From positions 6,935 through 70,934 of the forward strand of contig JBGAQN010000001.1 in NCBI GenBank assembly GCA_044220725.1: 64,000 nt of DNA, read 5' to 3'. This document shows positions 37,843 through 47,836 of the stretch, one piece after another; positions within the stretch are counted from its first letter, which is position 1; every line of letters starts with the position of its first letter. The notes beneath the pieces were generated by a model. It was given only the letters and a program-made list of their open reading frames with translations. It did not search any database and was not told the DNA's origin. The translations under genes were made by a program, and so were the position numbers. The DNA comes from Dermatophilaceae bacterium. Its GTDB lineage: Bacteria > Actinomycetota > Actinomycetes > Actinomycetales > Dermatophilaceae.

Positions 37843-38937
37843 TCAGTGCTCGATCTCGCACGCGCCGGCGGCCGCCGACACGCAAGTCTGGACGACGACG
37901 CCGTCGCCGGGGGCGGCATACGTGAGGTCGCCGGTGCGCAGATCGCGGACCGCGCCGTCGCGCAGCGGCAACACGCACTGATAGCAGATGCCCATCCGGC
38001 AGCCGTGGGGCATGAGCACACCGGCCTCCTCGGCCACCTCGAGGATGGGGCGGGCGCCGTCGGCGTCGACGATCGTGCCGGTCTTGGTGAAGGTGACCGT
38101 GCCGCCCTCGCCCGCCACGTGCAGGTGCGGGCGGAAGCGCTCGACGTGCAGTCGCTCGGTGAGAGCGGCGGCCGACCAGTGGGCCTCGCACGCGTCGAGC
38201 AGCCCGGACGGGCCGCAGGCCCAGACCTCGCGCTCGCGCCAGTCGGGCACCAACGCGTCAAGGTCGGCGGACACGTCGAGCATCCCGTCGGTGTCGGTGT
38301 GCAGTTCGACGAGACGAAGCAGCCCGGACGTGGCCAGCTCGCGCAGCTCGGAGGCGAAGATGACATCGCGGGCTGTCGGTGCCGAGTGGATCATCACGAC
38401 GTCGGGCAGCTCGGCGATCTGGTTGCGCAGCATGCCCATGACGGGGGTGATGCCGCTGCCGCCAGTGAGGAAGAGGACTTTGGCGGGGCGAACGGTCGGC
38501 AGGACGAAGTCACCCTCGGCCTGGCCAAGGTGCACGAGGGCTCCGGGGCGAAGAGCGTTGACCACATGTCGGCTCACCCGGCCATCGGGAAGGGCTTTGG
38601 TCGTGATCGAGATGAGCCCGTCGGGGCGATCCGTCCGACTCGTCAGCGAATAGGTCCGCCAGTGTCGAACGCCGTCGATGTCAACACCGAAGCGCACGTA
38701 TTGGCCGGGGATGTGCCCCGCCCAATCGGCCCCCGGTTTGATGAACACCGTCGCCGCGTCCGGGGTTTCCAGACGGATCTGCTCGATCCGTCCGGCGAGC
38801 TGGCCGGCTCCCGGACGCAGCGGGCTGAAGACATCGAGGGTGTCGGCCGGCATGAGGACTCCAGTGAGCGCCTCAGCGGCGCGCCAGGCGCGCCGCCGAA
38901 GACTGCGGCCTCGCGGCGGGGTGACCGTGGCAGACAT
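37843..38937 (-). CDS. FAD/NAD(P)-binding + 2Fe-2S oxidoreductase (desaturase reductase partner, Rv3230c-like)
   Basis: ORF 37843..38937: RTYSLTS, LTGGSGITPVMGML, C-terminal CRMGICYQC. Confidence 0.85.
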   Translation of the reverse strand: MSATVTPPRGRSLRRRAWRAAEALTGVLMPADTLDVFSPLRPGAGQLAGRIEQIRLETPDAATVFIKPGADWAGHIPGQYVRFGVDIDGVRHWRTYSLTSRTDRPDGLISITTKALPDGRVSRHVVNALRPGALVHLGQAEGDFVLPTVRPAKVLFLTGGSGITPVMGMLRNQIAELPDVVMIHSAPTARDVIFASELRELATSGLLRLVELHTDTDGMLDVSADLDALVPDWREREVWACGPSGLLDACEAHWSAAALTERLHVERFRPHLHVAGEGGTVTFTKTGTIVDADGARPILEVAEEAGVLMPHGCRMGICYQCVLPLRDGAVRDLRTGDLTYAAPGDGVVVQTCVSAAAGACEIEH

Positions 38938-39030
38938 GGGTCCATTGTTCCGGGTTTCTGCGCTAGATTTCTGGCGACTCGACGTGAAGCGGGCCTAAAC
39001 TTTTGTTCTTCAGAGACAAAGGGGTATGCC

Positions 39031-40389
39031 GTGCCACCCACCTCCCGTCCCCTGCGCCGGCCGCGCTCCGCGGAGGGACCACCCGGGGGTATGCCGTCGC
39101 CGTCGCCGGCGACGTCGGCGCTGGCCCTGGACCAAGAGACCTTCGAACGGTTGCACGCCGCCGTTCCCAGGGTTGCCGCCGAGGCCGTCGAGACAATCAT
39201 GCGCGAAGTGCCCAGTTATGCCCGGCCCTTCTCCGACGCCATGGGCGTGCGGATCCGGACCGCGGTCGAGTTGGCTTTGGTCAACTTCCTCGAGTTGGCC
39301 CGACGCGGCGCCGGGACCGATCCGGCCGAGCCCATCGCGCCGAGCACGGCCGCTGCCTATGAGCTGGGCCGAGGGGAAGCCCGAAGTGGCCGGTCCATGG
39401 ATGCGCTGCAGGCGGCATACCGGGTCGGTGCGCGGGTGTGTTGGCGCGGACTGTCGCGTGAAGCGGTTGCCTGTGACGTGCCGGCGGCAACGCTGGGCCC
39501 GTTCGCGGAGCTAGTCTTCGCCTACATTGATGCGCTCTCCTCGGCGAGCATCGCTGGTCACGCCGATGAACTCGCCACCGCTGGGCGCGCCCGCGAGCGA
39601 TACCGGGAGCGCCTAGCCGCCCTCCTCGTTGCCGGGGGCGAGGAGGCGGACCTGGTCGCCGCGGCCCGTCGTGCGGAGTGGCACCCGCCTCGGACTCTGA
39701 CGGCCGTCCTGCTCCCCGAGGGTCAACTGCGAGCCGTCCTCGGGCTCCTGGACTCGCGGACCCTGGCCGTCGGGGCCGACCCGGCCACCACTGACGACGA
39801 CGACATCGGGGTCCTGCTCGTCCCGGATGCCACCGGGCGCGATCGGGATCGGCTGCTGCGCCAACTGGACGGGCGGGCCGCGATCGTGGGACCGGAGCGG
39901 GCGTGGTTGCAGGCGCACGGGTCCTTCCGGCGTGCGCTGCGAGCCAGAGACCTGAGCTCATGGGTGGCGATCGGGGCCGGTCCGGCGAGCAACGCCACGA
40001 CCAGCAGGGTCGCTCCGGCAAGCAACGCCACGGCCAGCGGCGTCGTGGACACCGACAATCACCTCGTCGAGATCATCTTGGGCGCCGATCGAGAGGCTCT
40101 GGCCGACCTGCGTGCGTGGGCCCTGGCCCCGTTGGCGGGCGTCCGGCCCACCGCTCGGGTCCGGCTGGCCGAGACCCTGCGGTCCTGGCTCCTGCATCAC
40201 GGCCGACGCGAACTCATCGCTGGGCACCTCTATGTCCACCCACAGACGGTGCGCTATCGGATGGGACAGCTACGCGAGCTGTTCGGAGAACGGTTGGACG
40301 ACCCGGAAGAGATCCTGCGCCTCACCGTGGCCTTGGCGCTGCTGCCCGCCGACGCGGCCGCCCGCGTCCCGGGGATGGTGGAGCGTTAG
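39031..40389 (+). CDS. PucR-family transcriptional regulator
   Basis: C-terminal part of ORF 37744..40389, with C-terminal HTH HGRRELIAGHLYVHPQTVRYRMGQLRELFG. GTG 39031 follows AAAGGGG; ATG 39091 is an alternative. Confidence 0.75.
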   Translation: MPPTSRPLRRPRSAEGPPGGMPSPSPATSALALDQETFERLHAAVPRVAAEAVETIMREVPSYARPFSDAMGVRIRTAVELALVNFLELARRGAGTDPAEPIAPSTAAAYELGRGEARSGRSMDALQAAYRVGARVCWRGLSREAVACDVPAATLGPFAELVFAYIDALSSASIAGHADELATAGRARERYRERLAALLVAGGEEADLVAAARRAEWHPPRTLTAVLLPEGQLRAVLGLLDSRTLAVGADPATTDDDDIGVLLVPDATGRDRDRLLRQLDGRAAIVGPERAWLQAHGSFRRALRARDLSSWVAIGAGPASNATTSRVAPASNATASGVVDTDNHLVEIILGADREALADLRAWALAPLAGVRPTARVRLAETLRSWLLHHGRRELIAGHLYVHPQTVRYRMGQLRELFGERLDDPEEILRLTVALALLPADAAARVPGMVER

Positions 40390-40415
40390 CCACACTCTGG
40401 CGTGGCTAACGCTCC
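40380..40415. terminator. perfect 14-bp hairpin between convergent genes
   Basis: GGAGCGTTAGCCAC-actctggc-GTGGCTAACGCTCC. It overlaps the PucR stop. Confidence 0.55.
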
Positions 40416-40474
40416 ACAGATCGGCACCGCGGAACGAGTCCCCGGGCACCGGGAGAGGGCGTCGGCGATGCCGG

Positions 40475-41452
40475 TCAGTCCCGACCAGACCCGCCCAGGC
40501 CGGCGACGGCATCGAGGACTTCGGCGACGATGGCCGGGGTCACCGGTTCGTGCAGCAGCCACTCGACCCAGGCCGCCGACAGGTGCCGGTCGGCTTCGTC
40601 AGTGGCCGACAGCCACCGTCGGCAGCCCTCCTCCGCCAAGTGCTCGCTGGATGCCCCCAGCATCGTCAGGTCCCCAGCGCGTGAGATCCGGCCGGGACCG
40701 CCGGCGATGAGATAGGCGGCATACAGGTCGAGCATCCGGGCCGGATCGCCGAGGCCGTACTCGAAGATGACCATCCCCAACTCGTGCGAGGGGCTCTCCG
40801 GGCCGGCGCTCTCCCAGTCGAGCAGCACGATGCCGCCGTCAGGGGTCGCGCGAACGTTGTCGGCCCAGAGGTCGCAGTGACAGGTGCGCACGTCGTCGGG
40901 GCTCTCGAAGGTTCGTTCCAGGGCGACGAGTTGCGGCACGAGCGCTGCCAGATCCGTGGCAAAGGGGGCGTGTTCGGCGCGCAACTGGGCGACCAACTCG
41001 GCCCAGACCGCCGAACCGACCGGCTCGCGATACCACGCGTCGACCGGGCCGGAGGCAGGGGCTTCGACGTTGTGCACCCGCGCCAGCAACGCGCCGATCT
41101 CTCGTGGGTCCAGGTCTCGGCGTGGCTCCAGGACGTCGACCCACTCGTAAACCCGCACCGTGGCCGTCGGCGGCGGTCCGCCGACATCAGCCAGGACGGC
41201 GCCGTCGAGCGTCCGCACGACGGCGGGCATCGGCACTCCCGTGGCGCGGACCATGTCTTGGTATGCCGCGTCCCGCTCCGCCCGCTCGCGGAAGACGGCG
41301 CCGAAGAGCGCCTTGACGGCATACCGGCCCTGATGGGTGACCAACCGCCACACCTGACCCTTGCGGCCGTGAGCGATGGGCCCTTCCAGGCGCGCGCCAT
41401 CGCCGAGCCCGAAGAGTCGAGCGATCTCCCCTGCCACTCTCGGATCCAACAT
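40475..41452 (-). CDS. aminoglycoside-phosphotransferase-family kinase (APH/ChoK-like)
   Basis: ORF 40475..41452: YAVKALF (Lys), catalytic loop CHCDLWADNV, LLDWESAG. Confidence 0.75.
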   Translation of the reverse strand: MLDPRVAGEIARLFGLGDGARLEGPIAHGRKGQVWRLVTHQGRYAVKALFGAVFRERAERDAAYQDMVRATGVPMPAVVRTLDGAVLADVGGPPPTATVRVYEWVDVLEPRRDLDPREIGALLARVHNVEAPASGPVDAWYREPVGSAVWAELVAQLRAEHAPFATDLAALVPQLVALERTFESPDDVRTCHCDLWADNVRATPDGGIVLLDWESAGPESPSHELGMVIFEYGLGDPARMLDLYAAYLIAGGPGRISRAGDLTMLGASSEHLAEEGCRRWLSATDEADRHLSAAWVEWLLHEPVTPAIVAEVLDAVAGLGGSGRD

Positions 41453-41645
41453 GTGTCGCCTCCAACGCCGTGGATGCGGGTATTACTGACCAGTAACAGT
41501 GTCGCACTGGCGTGCTGGCGACGCTTCCCTGTGTGACGTGGCGCCCACGAGACCTCCATCACGCCACTCGGGTTCCGCTGCGTGGAACACTTTTTCCGCA
41601 GTCAGAAAGATCCGCCTGACGACGGCGACCGCCTCTCGCGAGCAG

Positions 41646-42491
41646 TCAGCTCAGGACGTCCTTGCGGTGGAAGAGCCCAAACGCCAGCGCCACGGTGCTG
41701 ATCGTGAACAGCACCGACCAGAGCACCCCGTGGCGCATCGCCGTCCAGTCCACCTGAGGGCTCAACAAGTCCAGCCAGGCTCGCTGGTAGTGCAACGGCA
41801 ACCCGTTGCGCAGATCGCCGAGGCTGTCGATCTGGCCGAGGATCGAGGACACGATGGCCACGAGTACGGCGACACCGACCGCTCCCAGGGGGGCATCGGT
41901 GCGCACCCCGAGCAGGAACGCGATCCCCGCAACCTGCCATAGCGACACCCACAGATATGCCGCCGCGATCATCAACCGCAGCCCCAGATCCCCCCAATCC
42001 AGGACTCCCCCAGCCGGATTGGTGAAGGGTGCGGACCCATAAGCGATGAGGCCGACGACCAGGCCCCAGGCGAGGTAGGCCAGAATCGCCACACCGAGCG
42101 TGGTGATCGCCACGGCCCACTTGGCCGCCAGCAGGCGCGCCCGAGGGACCGGAGCGACCAAGAGATAACGCAACGAGGACCACGACGCCTCCGCCGGCAC
42201 GGCGTCCCCGGCAAACAGCGCCGCAAGCACGACGAGCAGGAAGTCCGACGCGGCAGAAAGCGCGAAGACCGCGAAGTTGGCGCCGCCCTGCTGGGCCAGA
42301 TCGGACAGCCGCAGCCCACCCGGTGGCCCACTGGTGCGCCCGATGGCGAACGCCCCGACGAGGACGACCGGCAGCGCCAGGAGCGCGAGGAACCCCCAGA
42401 AGGTGCGCCGCCGCCGAACTTGTCGGCTCGCCTCCGCCCGGAAGGACAACGGGCGTCCGGTATGCCGCCCCTCGCGCTCAAGCGTCGTCAT
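41646..42491 (-). CDS. ABC-2-type transporter permease
   Basis: C-terminal 281 aa of ORF 41646..43205, six predicted TM segments. ATG 42491 forms an ATGA overlap with the upstream stop. Confidence 0.7.
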   Translation of the reverse strand: MTTLEREGRHTGRPLSFRAEASRQVRRRRTFWGFLALLALPVVLVGAFAIGRTSGPPGGLRLSDLAQQGGANFAVFALSAASDFLLVVLAALFAGDAVPAEASWSSLRYLLVAPVPRARLLAAKWAVAITTLGVAILAYLAWGLVVGLIAYGSAPFTNPAGGVLDWGDLGLRLMIAAAYLWVSLWQVAGIAFLLGVRTDAPLGAVGVAVLVAIVSSILGQIDSLGDLRNGLPLHYQRAWLDLLSPQVDWTAMRHGVLWSVLFTISTVALAFGLFHRKDVLS

Positions 42492-45232
42492 CGGGCTCGG
42501 ACCTGACGCAGGTTCTCGGCGGTGGAATCCGCGGGACCGGGCAACGGCGCCCCGGTCTGGGCGGCCGCGATGGCGCGCAAGAAGGCCTCCTCGAGATGGG
42601 CAGTGCTTGTCGCGCCGACGATGTCGGCGACCGGGCCGGCCGTGACAACCCGGCCGGCGTGCATGACGACGACATGCGAACAGGTCTGCTCGACTTCGCC
42701 GAGCAGGTGGCTGGAGACGACGACGGTGCGGCCTGCGGCGGCATACTGCTGAAGGATCGGGCGCATCGCGGCGATCTGGGGCGGGTCCAGCCCGTTGGTG
42801 GGCTCGTCGAGGACGAGCAGGTCCGGCAGCCCGAGCATGGCCTGGGCGATGCCCAGCCGTTGACGCATCCCGTGACTGTAGGCGCGGACCGGCCGGTCGA
42901 CGGCGTTCCCCAGGGCCGCGACCTCGAGGGCCTCGTCGACGTGAGCCTCGTGCGTCGGCCGTCCCGTGGCGGCCCAGTAAGCGTGGAGGTTCTGCCGACC
43001 GGTCAGATGCGGCAGGAATCCCGGGCCCTCGACCAGGGCGCCAACCCCGGCCAGCGCTGGGGCGCCGGGAAAGACCGGACGTCCCCCCAGGTAGACCACT
43101 CCCGAGTCGGGGGTGATCAGCCCGAGGGCCATCCGCAGCGTCGTCGTCTTGCCGGCACCATTGGGCCCCAAGAGACCGACGACCTGACCACGTTCGGCCC
43201 GCCATGACACTCCGGCGACCGCGCGATGGCCGTCGGCGAACGTCTTGACCAGGCCCTCGACCGCCAGCGGCACCGGGGCCAGGTCAGGGCGATCGGCCAG
43301 CCGACGCCGCCGACGCATCGTCGCCACGACGGCCACGGCGACGCCGGCCAGCACCACGGCGATGGCCACGGCCACCCCGACCGACTCCGTGTCGACCTCG
43401 CTCTCGGCGGCAACGACAGTGCCCTCCACCCGGGGCAGCCGCAGGCCGGCCGGATGCACGGCCACGGAGTCGACGCGGGCGGCCCGCGGGGCGGCATACC
43501 CCGCATCGGTGGACGTGAGGAGTAGACGGAGCGCCCCGCCGGCCTCGATCGTCCAGGTGGCCGCAGGCAGCGACATGTCGATGGTGGTCGGCTGCCCTGG
43601 GACCGTCAGCAGCCGAATCGGCGCAACCAACCGTCGAGGCAGGCTCGCTTGGCCACCGGTCACCTGCCACAACGACCCAAAGAGCACTACCTCCCGACCG
43701 GAGGAGGTCACCGTGAGGGTCACCCGGGGCGACCCCACGACGGTGGTCCGTTCGGCAAATGCGGGCGTGTCGAAGGCCACGGATTGCCCTGGGAGCGCAG
43801 CCAGTTGGTATGCCGCCAGGCCAGCACCGAGCCCACTGACCGCCGGGATCGAGGTCATCGAGGCCGGCTGCCCGCCGGGCGGAGAAACGATCCTGGCCTC
43901 GGGGGGCCCGGTGAGCGGGACGTTGACCATCGACGTGGTCGGCGGGTAGGCGAGTGTGCCCAGCAGCGGGGCCACGGTGCGACGCCGCGGGATCGGAGCG
44001 GCATACACGAAGCCCGGCGGGCCGGCGGGGAACGCGGCGGCGGGTGACCCGGTCGAACTCGCCGGGCCCCGGCTCGAGGCGGCGTCCGGACCCGTGAGGG
44101 TGTCGGCGAGCCAGTCCCGAAGGGCCTGTTCGTCGGCCTCCACCGTGCTGGACGGACCGTCGTGGCCGCCGTCGATCCAACGAACCCCCAGCCGGGGCAC
44201 CTGCCCGGCGATGGCCCGAGCAGTCGCGTCGGCGTGCTCGATCCCGAAGATCGAATCGGCCATGCCCTGAACGAGCAGCGTCGACGCGCGCAGATCGGTC
44301 AGCAACGGTCGGGGGCTGTGTTCCCGCAATACCGAGAGCAGGGCGGGGCTGGGCCGCCCGGTTTCGGCGGCATCGAGAAAGAGCTCACACACCACCGGGT
44401 CGAATCGCCCACACACGGGGGCTCCGGGGCCACTCGCCCCCGCGAGCGTCGAGCCGAAGAACCGGGAGAGCCACAACGACGTGAGCGGGCCGGGCTCCAC
44501 CGCCACCGGGTCAGCGAAGGCGCCGTCGGGTCTGATCGGCCCGGCCACCGCGTCGGTCGGGCTCGTGGTGCTGTTGGGCCCGATTCCGTCGTTGGCAGTC
44601 GGTGTCCGCGCGGCCTGTGGGAAGAACGCCTCGGCCAGGTCGTGCCACGTGACCGCCGCGACGACGCTATCCACCTTCGGGTCGGTCGCGGCGAGCATGA
44701 GCGCCAGGGCGCCGCCGTAGGACGCCCCGACCACCCCCACCCGCGGGTTTTGCGCCAGGTCCTGGCGGACGTCCGCACGGGTGGCCAAGAGATCGACCAG
44801 AGCTCGCCCGTCGGCGATCTCGTATGCCGGGTCGTTGAGGTGGATCCGCCCGCCCGACTGGCCGAACCCCCGCGCGGAATAGCCGAGCACGAGGAAACCA
44901 CGTTCGGCGAGGTCGCGGCCACGCTCGGCCAGGTCAGCCTTGCTGCCGCCGAACCCGTGCGCGAGCACGACGGCAGGCCATGGACCAGACCCGGACGCGG
45001 GCCGATAGACGGTCGTGTCCAGGCTGACCGCCGTCCCGTCCGGCTCGCTGCCCACCGGGACCTGCAGGTCCTCTTGCGCGACCGAGGTCCCGGCCGCGGA
45101 ATCCGTCGACCGGCCCGAGACCGCCTCCCACGACCGCGGCGTGGCCAGCGCGGCACTGCTGCCAGACACCCAGACGACCCCGAGGGCCAGCCCGGCGACC
45201 AGCATCGCGACGGTGCGGCGCGCGGCATACAT
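42488..45232 (-). CDS. fusion: secreted alpha/beta hydrolase (S15/CocE-NonD-like) - TM - ABC ATP-binding domain
   Basis: Single ORF 42488..45232. Signal MLVAGLALGVVWVSGSSAALA; AVVLAHGFGGSK, nucleophile elbow GASYGG; TM VAVAIAVVLAGVAVAVVA; then GPNGAGKTT, YSHGMRQRL, LVLDEPTNGLD. Confidence 0.8.
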   Translation of the reverse strand: MYAARRTVAMLVAGLALGVVWVSGSSAALATPRSWEAVSGRSTDSAAGTSVAQEDLQVPVGSEPDGTAVSLDTTVYRPASGSGPWPAVVLAHGFGGSKADLAERGRDLAERGFLVLGYSARGFGQSGGRIHLNDPAYEIADGRALVDLLATRADVRQDLAQNPRVGVVGASYGGALALMLAATDPKVDSVVAAVTWHDLAEAFFPQAARTPTANDGIGPNSTTSPTDAVAGPIRPDGAFADPVAVEPGPLTSLWLSRFFGSTLAGASGPGAPVCGRFDPVVCELFLDAAETGRPSPALLSVLREHSPRPLLTDLRASTLLVQGMADSIFGIEHADATARAIAGQVPRLGVRWIDGGHDGPSSTVEADEQALRDWLADTLTGPDAASSRGPASSTGSPAAAFPAGPPGFVYAAPIPRRRTVAPLLGTLAYPPTTSMVNVPLTGPPEARIVSPPGGQPASMTSIPAVSGLGAGLAAYQLAALPGQSVAFDTPAFAERTTVVGSPRVTLTVTSSGREVVLFGSLWQVTGGQASLPRRLVAPIRLLTVPGQPTTIDMSLPAATWTIEAGGALRLLLTSTDAGYAAPRAARVDSVAVHPAGLRLPRVEGTVVAAESEVDTESVGVAVAIAVVLAGVAVAVVATMRRRRRLADRPDLAPVPLAVEGLVKTFADGHRAVAGVSWRAERGQVVGLLGPNGAGKTTTLRMALGLITPDSGVVYLGGRPVFPGAPALAGVGALVEGPGFLPHLTGRQNLHAYWAATGRPTHEAHVDEALEVAALGNAVDRPVRAYSHGMRQRLGIAQAMLGLPDLLVLDEPTNGLDPPQIAAMRPILQQYAAAGRTVVVSSHLLGEVEQTCSHVVVMHAGRVVTAGPVADIVGATSTAHLEEAFLRAIAAAQTGAPLPGPADSTAENLRQVRAR

Positions 45233-45282
45233 GCACGGAGGGTAGCCCGGCCCGCCGCGCTGGCGAGCCGGCCCGGCCCGGC

Positions 45283-45966
45283 TCAGGACAGCTCGAGCAC
45301 CTCGGCGATCCGACGATTGCGGTGTTCCTGAGCCCGCTGGAGCACCTCAAGGATCTCGCGCAGCTCGGCGAACGGCTGGCGGTTGAGCTGGGCGTTGAAC
45401 AATTCCCCCTCGGTCTCCATAACCCACAAGCGCGCGTAGTAGAGCCGATCCTCGGCGAGGTGTGCCAACACGACCATGCCGGTGAGTAGGGGGTGGTTGT
45501 TGGTGACGTTCGTGCCGTGATAGCGACCGTGTTCGAGCTCGACGGCCAGCGCATAACGCCACTCCCACAGGTGTCCCAGGCATTTACGACCGCGGTAGCG
45601 GGTGCCGGCCGGAAGGAAGTCGTTGAGGACATGCGGGGATGGGGTGCCTTCGTCGGACGGGGCAAGAGCGCCCCTGGAGAGCATCACCTTGAGCGCCGCC
45701 AGCACCTTGCTCGCCTCGTCCTCCGGGACGACCCGCGCGCCGGTCTGGTCCTCTGGGGCGATGGCGTCGATCGACAACGTCGCCCAGTTGCGCTCCTCAG
45801 CGAAGCCCAGACTCTGACAGAAGGCACCCACCGAACTCCTGCTGACGAAGTCAAGATCGACGTCGTCGCCGTCCTGCAGGCTCGCGAGGACACTGACGAC
45901 ATAGCGCAGCAGCCCGTCGGCGCTCGCCTTCTTGGCAATCGCCTGCTCGTACGTTGCGTAAGCCAT
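45283..45966 (-). CDS. hypothetical protein
   Basis: C-terminal 227 aa of ORF 45283..46077. ATG 45966 follows GAAAGGGA. Conserved-looking HLWEWRYALAVELEHGRYHGTNVTNNHPLLTG. Confidence 0.55.
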   Translation of the reverse strand: MAYATYEQAIAKKASADGLLRYVVSVLASLQDGDDVDLDFVSRSSVGAFCQSLGFAEERNWATLSIDAIAPEDQTGARVVPEDEASKVLAALKVMLSRGALAPSDEGTPSPHVLNDFLPAGTRYRGRKCLGHLWEWRYALAVELEHGRYHGTNVTNNHPLLTGMVVLAHLAEDRLYYARLWVMETEGELFNAQLNRQPFAELREILEVLQRAQEHRNRRIAEVLELS

Positions 45967-46075
45967 CTGGGTCCCTTTCGTCCCTCGGTATGCCGTTCCG
46001 CCTCCACTCTGCCCGATCTGCGGCTCGCCGGGGGTCCTGGCCGAGATCCTGAGGCCGCGCGGCATACTGACCGGC

Positions 46076-47836
46076 ATGTCAGCATCCTCCGGTGCGGCGG
46101 GTTCGACCGCACGGCGCGTCCTGGCGGGCGTGCTCTGCCTCGGTGTGGCCGCGGCGGCCTACCTCGGGGCTACCGCACTGCTTGGCTCGCTCTACGACTT
46201 CCGCTCACCGATGCGGGCGGTCGCGGCTCCGGCAGGCACCGCCATGCCGACGTCCGGACCGACCGCCGCTCTCTCCCGCCGGGTCGTGGCGGTCCTCGTC
46301 GACGGGCTGCGGGTCGACACGGCGGCCGACGCCACGGTTATGCCGTTCCTCGGTCAACTTCGGGCCCGGGGCGCGAGCGCGACGATGGGTGTGCGCACTC
46401 CGTCGTATTCGGTCCCGGGATGGACGGTGCTCATGACCGGCGCCTGGACCGAGGTCCACGGTGGCCTGGCGATGAATCCGCCGGTGGTCGCGCAGGCCCC
46501 TGCCTGGACCGAGGACAGCATCTTCCGGGCCGCTCACGACGCCGGCCTGCGCACCGGCGTGGCCGGGACCGACTGGTTCGCCCCGCTCATCCCTGGGCCC
46601 GATCTGGACAGCTCGTTCTTCGTCCACGAGGAGACCGACGCGGCCGACCAGGCCAGCACCGACGCGGCCATCGGGATGCTCACTGGTGATCAACTGCGCT
46701 TCCTACTCGTGCATCTCAACGAGGTGGACCATGCCGGACACCACAGCGGTGGCGGGGGCGCGCCGGCCACCCGGACGGCCGCGACCAAAGCAGACGCTCG
46801 GCTGCAGGCCATCGCGGACACCCTCGACCTCACCCAGGACACCCTCGTCGTCTTCTCCGACCACGGCCACCTCGACCAGGGCGGGCACGGTGGGCCCGAG
46901 GACATCGTCGTCCGGTCCCCGCTGGTGATGGTCGGTGCCGGGGTGCAACCCGGCGGCACGGTCACGGGGACACCGGCCGCGGACCGCAACCCGATGCACA
47001 TCGACGCTCACCAGGCCGACCTAGCCCCGACGCTCGCCGCCCTGCTGGGCACTCGAGTTCTCGGCGCGGCCCAAGGGCAGGCATTGACCGGGTTGCTCAC
47101 CCTGGACGCCCCATCGATCACCGCGCTGCGCGCTGCTCAGGCAGCCCAACAGGGTGTCCTGAGCGCCCGCTACGCCCAAAGCCTCGGTCGTGCCATGCCT
47201 TCGTGGGCGTCCGAAGACGCCAACCCCACCGCGGCCGGGCAGGCGGCGTTGGACGCCCTGCGCGCCGAGCGGCTCGCCAGCGAGCGCACGGCCCGGCTCG
47301 TCCCAGCGGCCCTGGTCGGCCTCGCCCTGACCGTCACTCTGGTGCTGTGGTGGCGCCGTCACGCGCGGCGAGTGGTCGGTGCCTTGGCCGGCGCGGCGGC
47401 ATACCTCATGGTGTTCCACGGCCTGTGGTGGGGGGTGCTGCGGCGCACCTACTCGCTGAGTTCGGTGACGAGTGCGACCGACGTCATCCTCGCCATCGCC
47501 CTGGCGACCGGGCTGGGAATGGTGGCCGCGTGGCTGGTCGCCTTGGCGATCGAGCGCCCCGGCCGCCGGGGAACCCTCGGCACCCTCGGGGGGGTGGGGT
47601 ATGCCGTGGTGCTCACCCTCATGGTCCCAATTCTCGTCGGGGTGGTCACCGGTGGATGGACGGTCACGTGGATGCTTCCCGATGCCCTGCCGATGTTCCT
47701 GCAGTTCTTCTCCGAGATTCAGGCGCTCGTCGTTGCCGTGCTCACCCTCGTGGCGGGCCTGGTTGCAGCTGCCCTGGTGCGACGGCCGCTTAGCCGTCCA
47801 GCAGGTGTGCGTGCAGATCGTCGGCAAGCTGCCTGA
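46076..47836 (+). CDS. membrane alkaline-phosphatase-superfamily protein (nucleotide pyrophosphatase/phosphodiesterase-like)
   Basis: ORF 46076..47836: N-terminal TM, VLVDGLR, PSYSVPGW, NEVDHAGHH, FSDHGH. Several C-terminal TM helices. Confidence 0.7.
   Translation: MSASSGAAGSTARRVLAGVLCLGVAAAAYLGATALLGSLYDFRSPMRAVAAPAGTAMPTSGPTAALSRRVVAVLVDGLRVDTAADATVMPFLGQLRARGASATMGVRTPSYSVPGWTVLMTGAWTEVHGGLAMNPPVVAQAPAWTEDSIFRAAHDAGLRTGVAGTDWFAPLIPGPDLDSSFFVHEETDAADQASTDAAIGMLTGDQLRFLLVHLNEVDHAGHHSGGGGAPATRTAATKADARLQAIADTLDLTQDTLVVFSDHGHLDQGGHGGPEDIVVRSPLVMVGAGVQPGGTVTGTPAADRNPMHIDAHQADLAPTLAALLGTRVLGAAQGQALTGLLTLDAPSITALRAAQAAQQGVLSARYAQSLGRAMPSWASEDANPTAAGQAALDALRAERLASERTARLVPAALVGLALTVTLVLWWRRHARRVVGALAGAAAYLMVFHGLWWGVLRRTYSLSSVTSATDVILAIALATGLGMVAAWLVALAIERPGRRGTLGTLGGVGYAVVLTLMVPILVGVVTGGWTVTWMLPDALPMFLQFFSEIQALVVAVLTLVAGLVAAALVRRPLSRPAGVRADRRQAA

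Noticed and set aside
37744-40389. 881-aa plus-strand ORF.
   Set aside because: The first ~430 aa are antisense to the well-supported desaturase-reductase gene and are low-complexity. Only the C-terminal PucR-like part (from about 39031) is credible.
41646-43205. 519-aa minus-strand ORF.
   Set aside because: The N-terminal ~240 aa are an out-of-frame read-through of the ABC ATPase domain of the fusion gene. The real permease starts at ATG 42491, coupled to the upstream stop.
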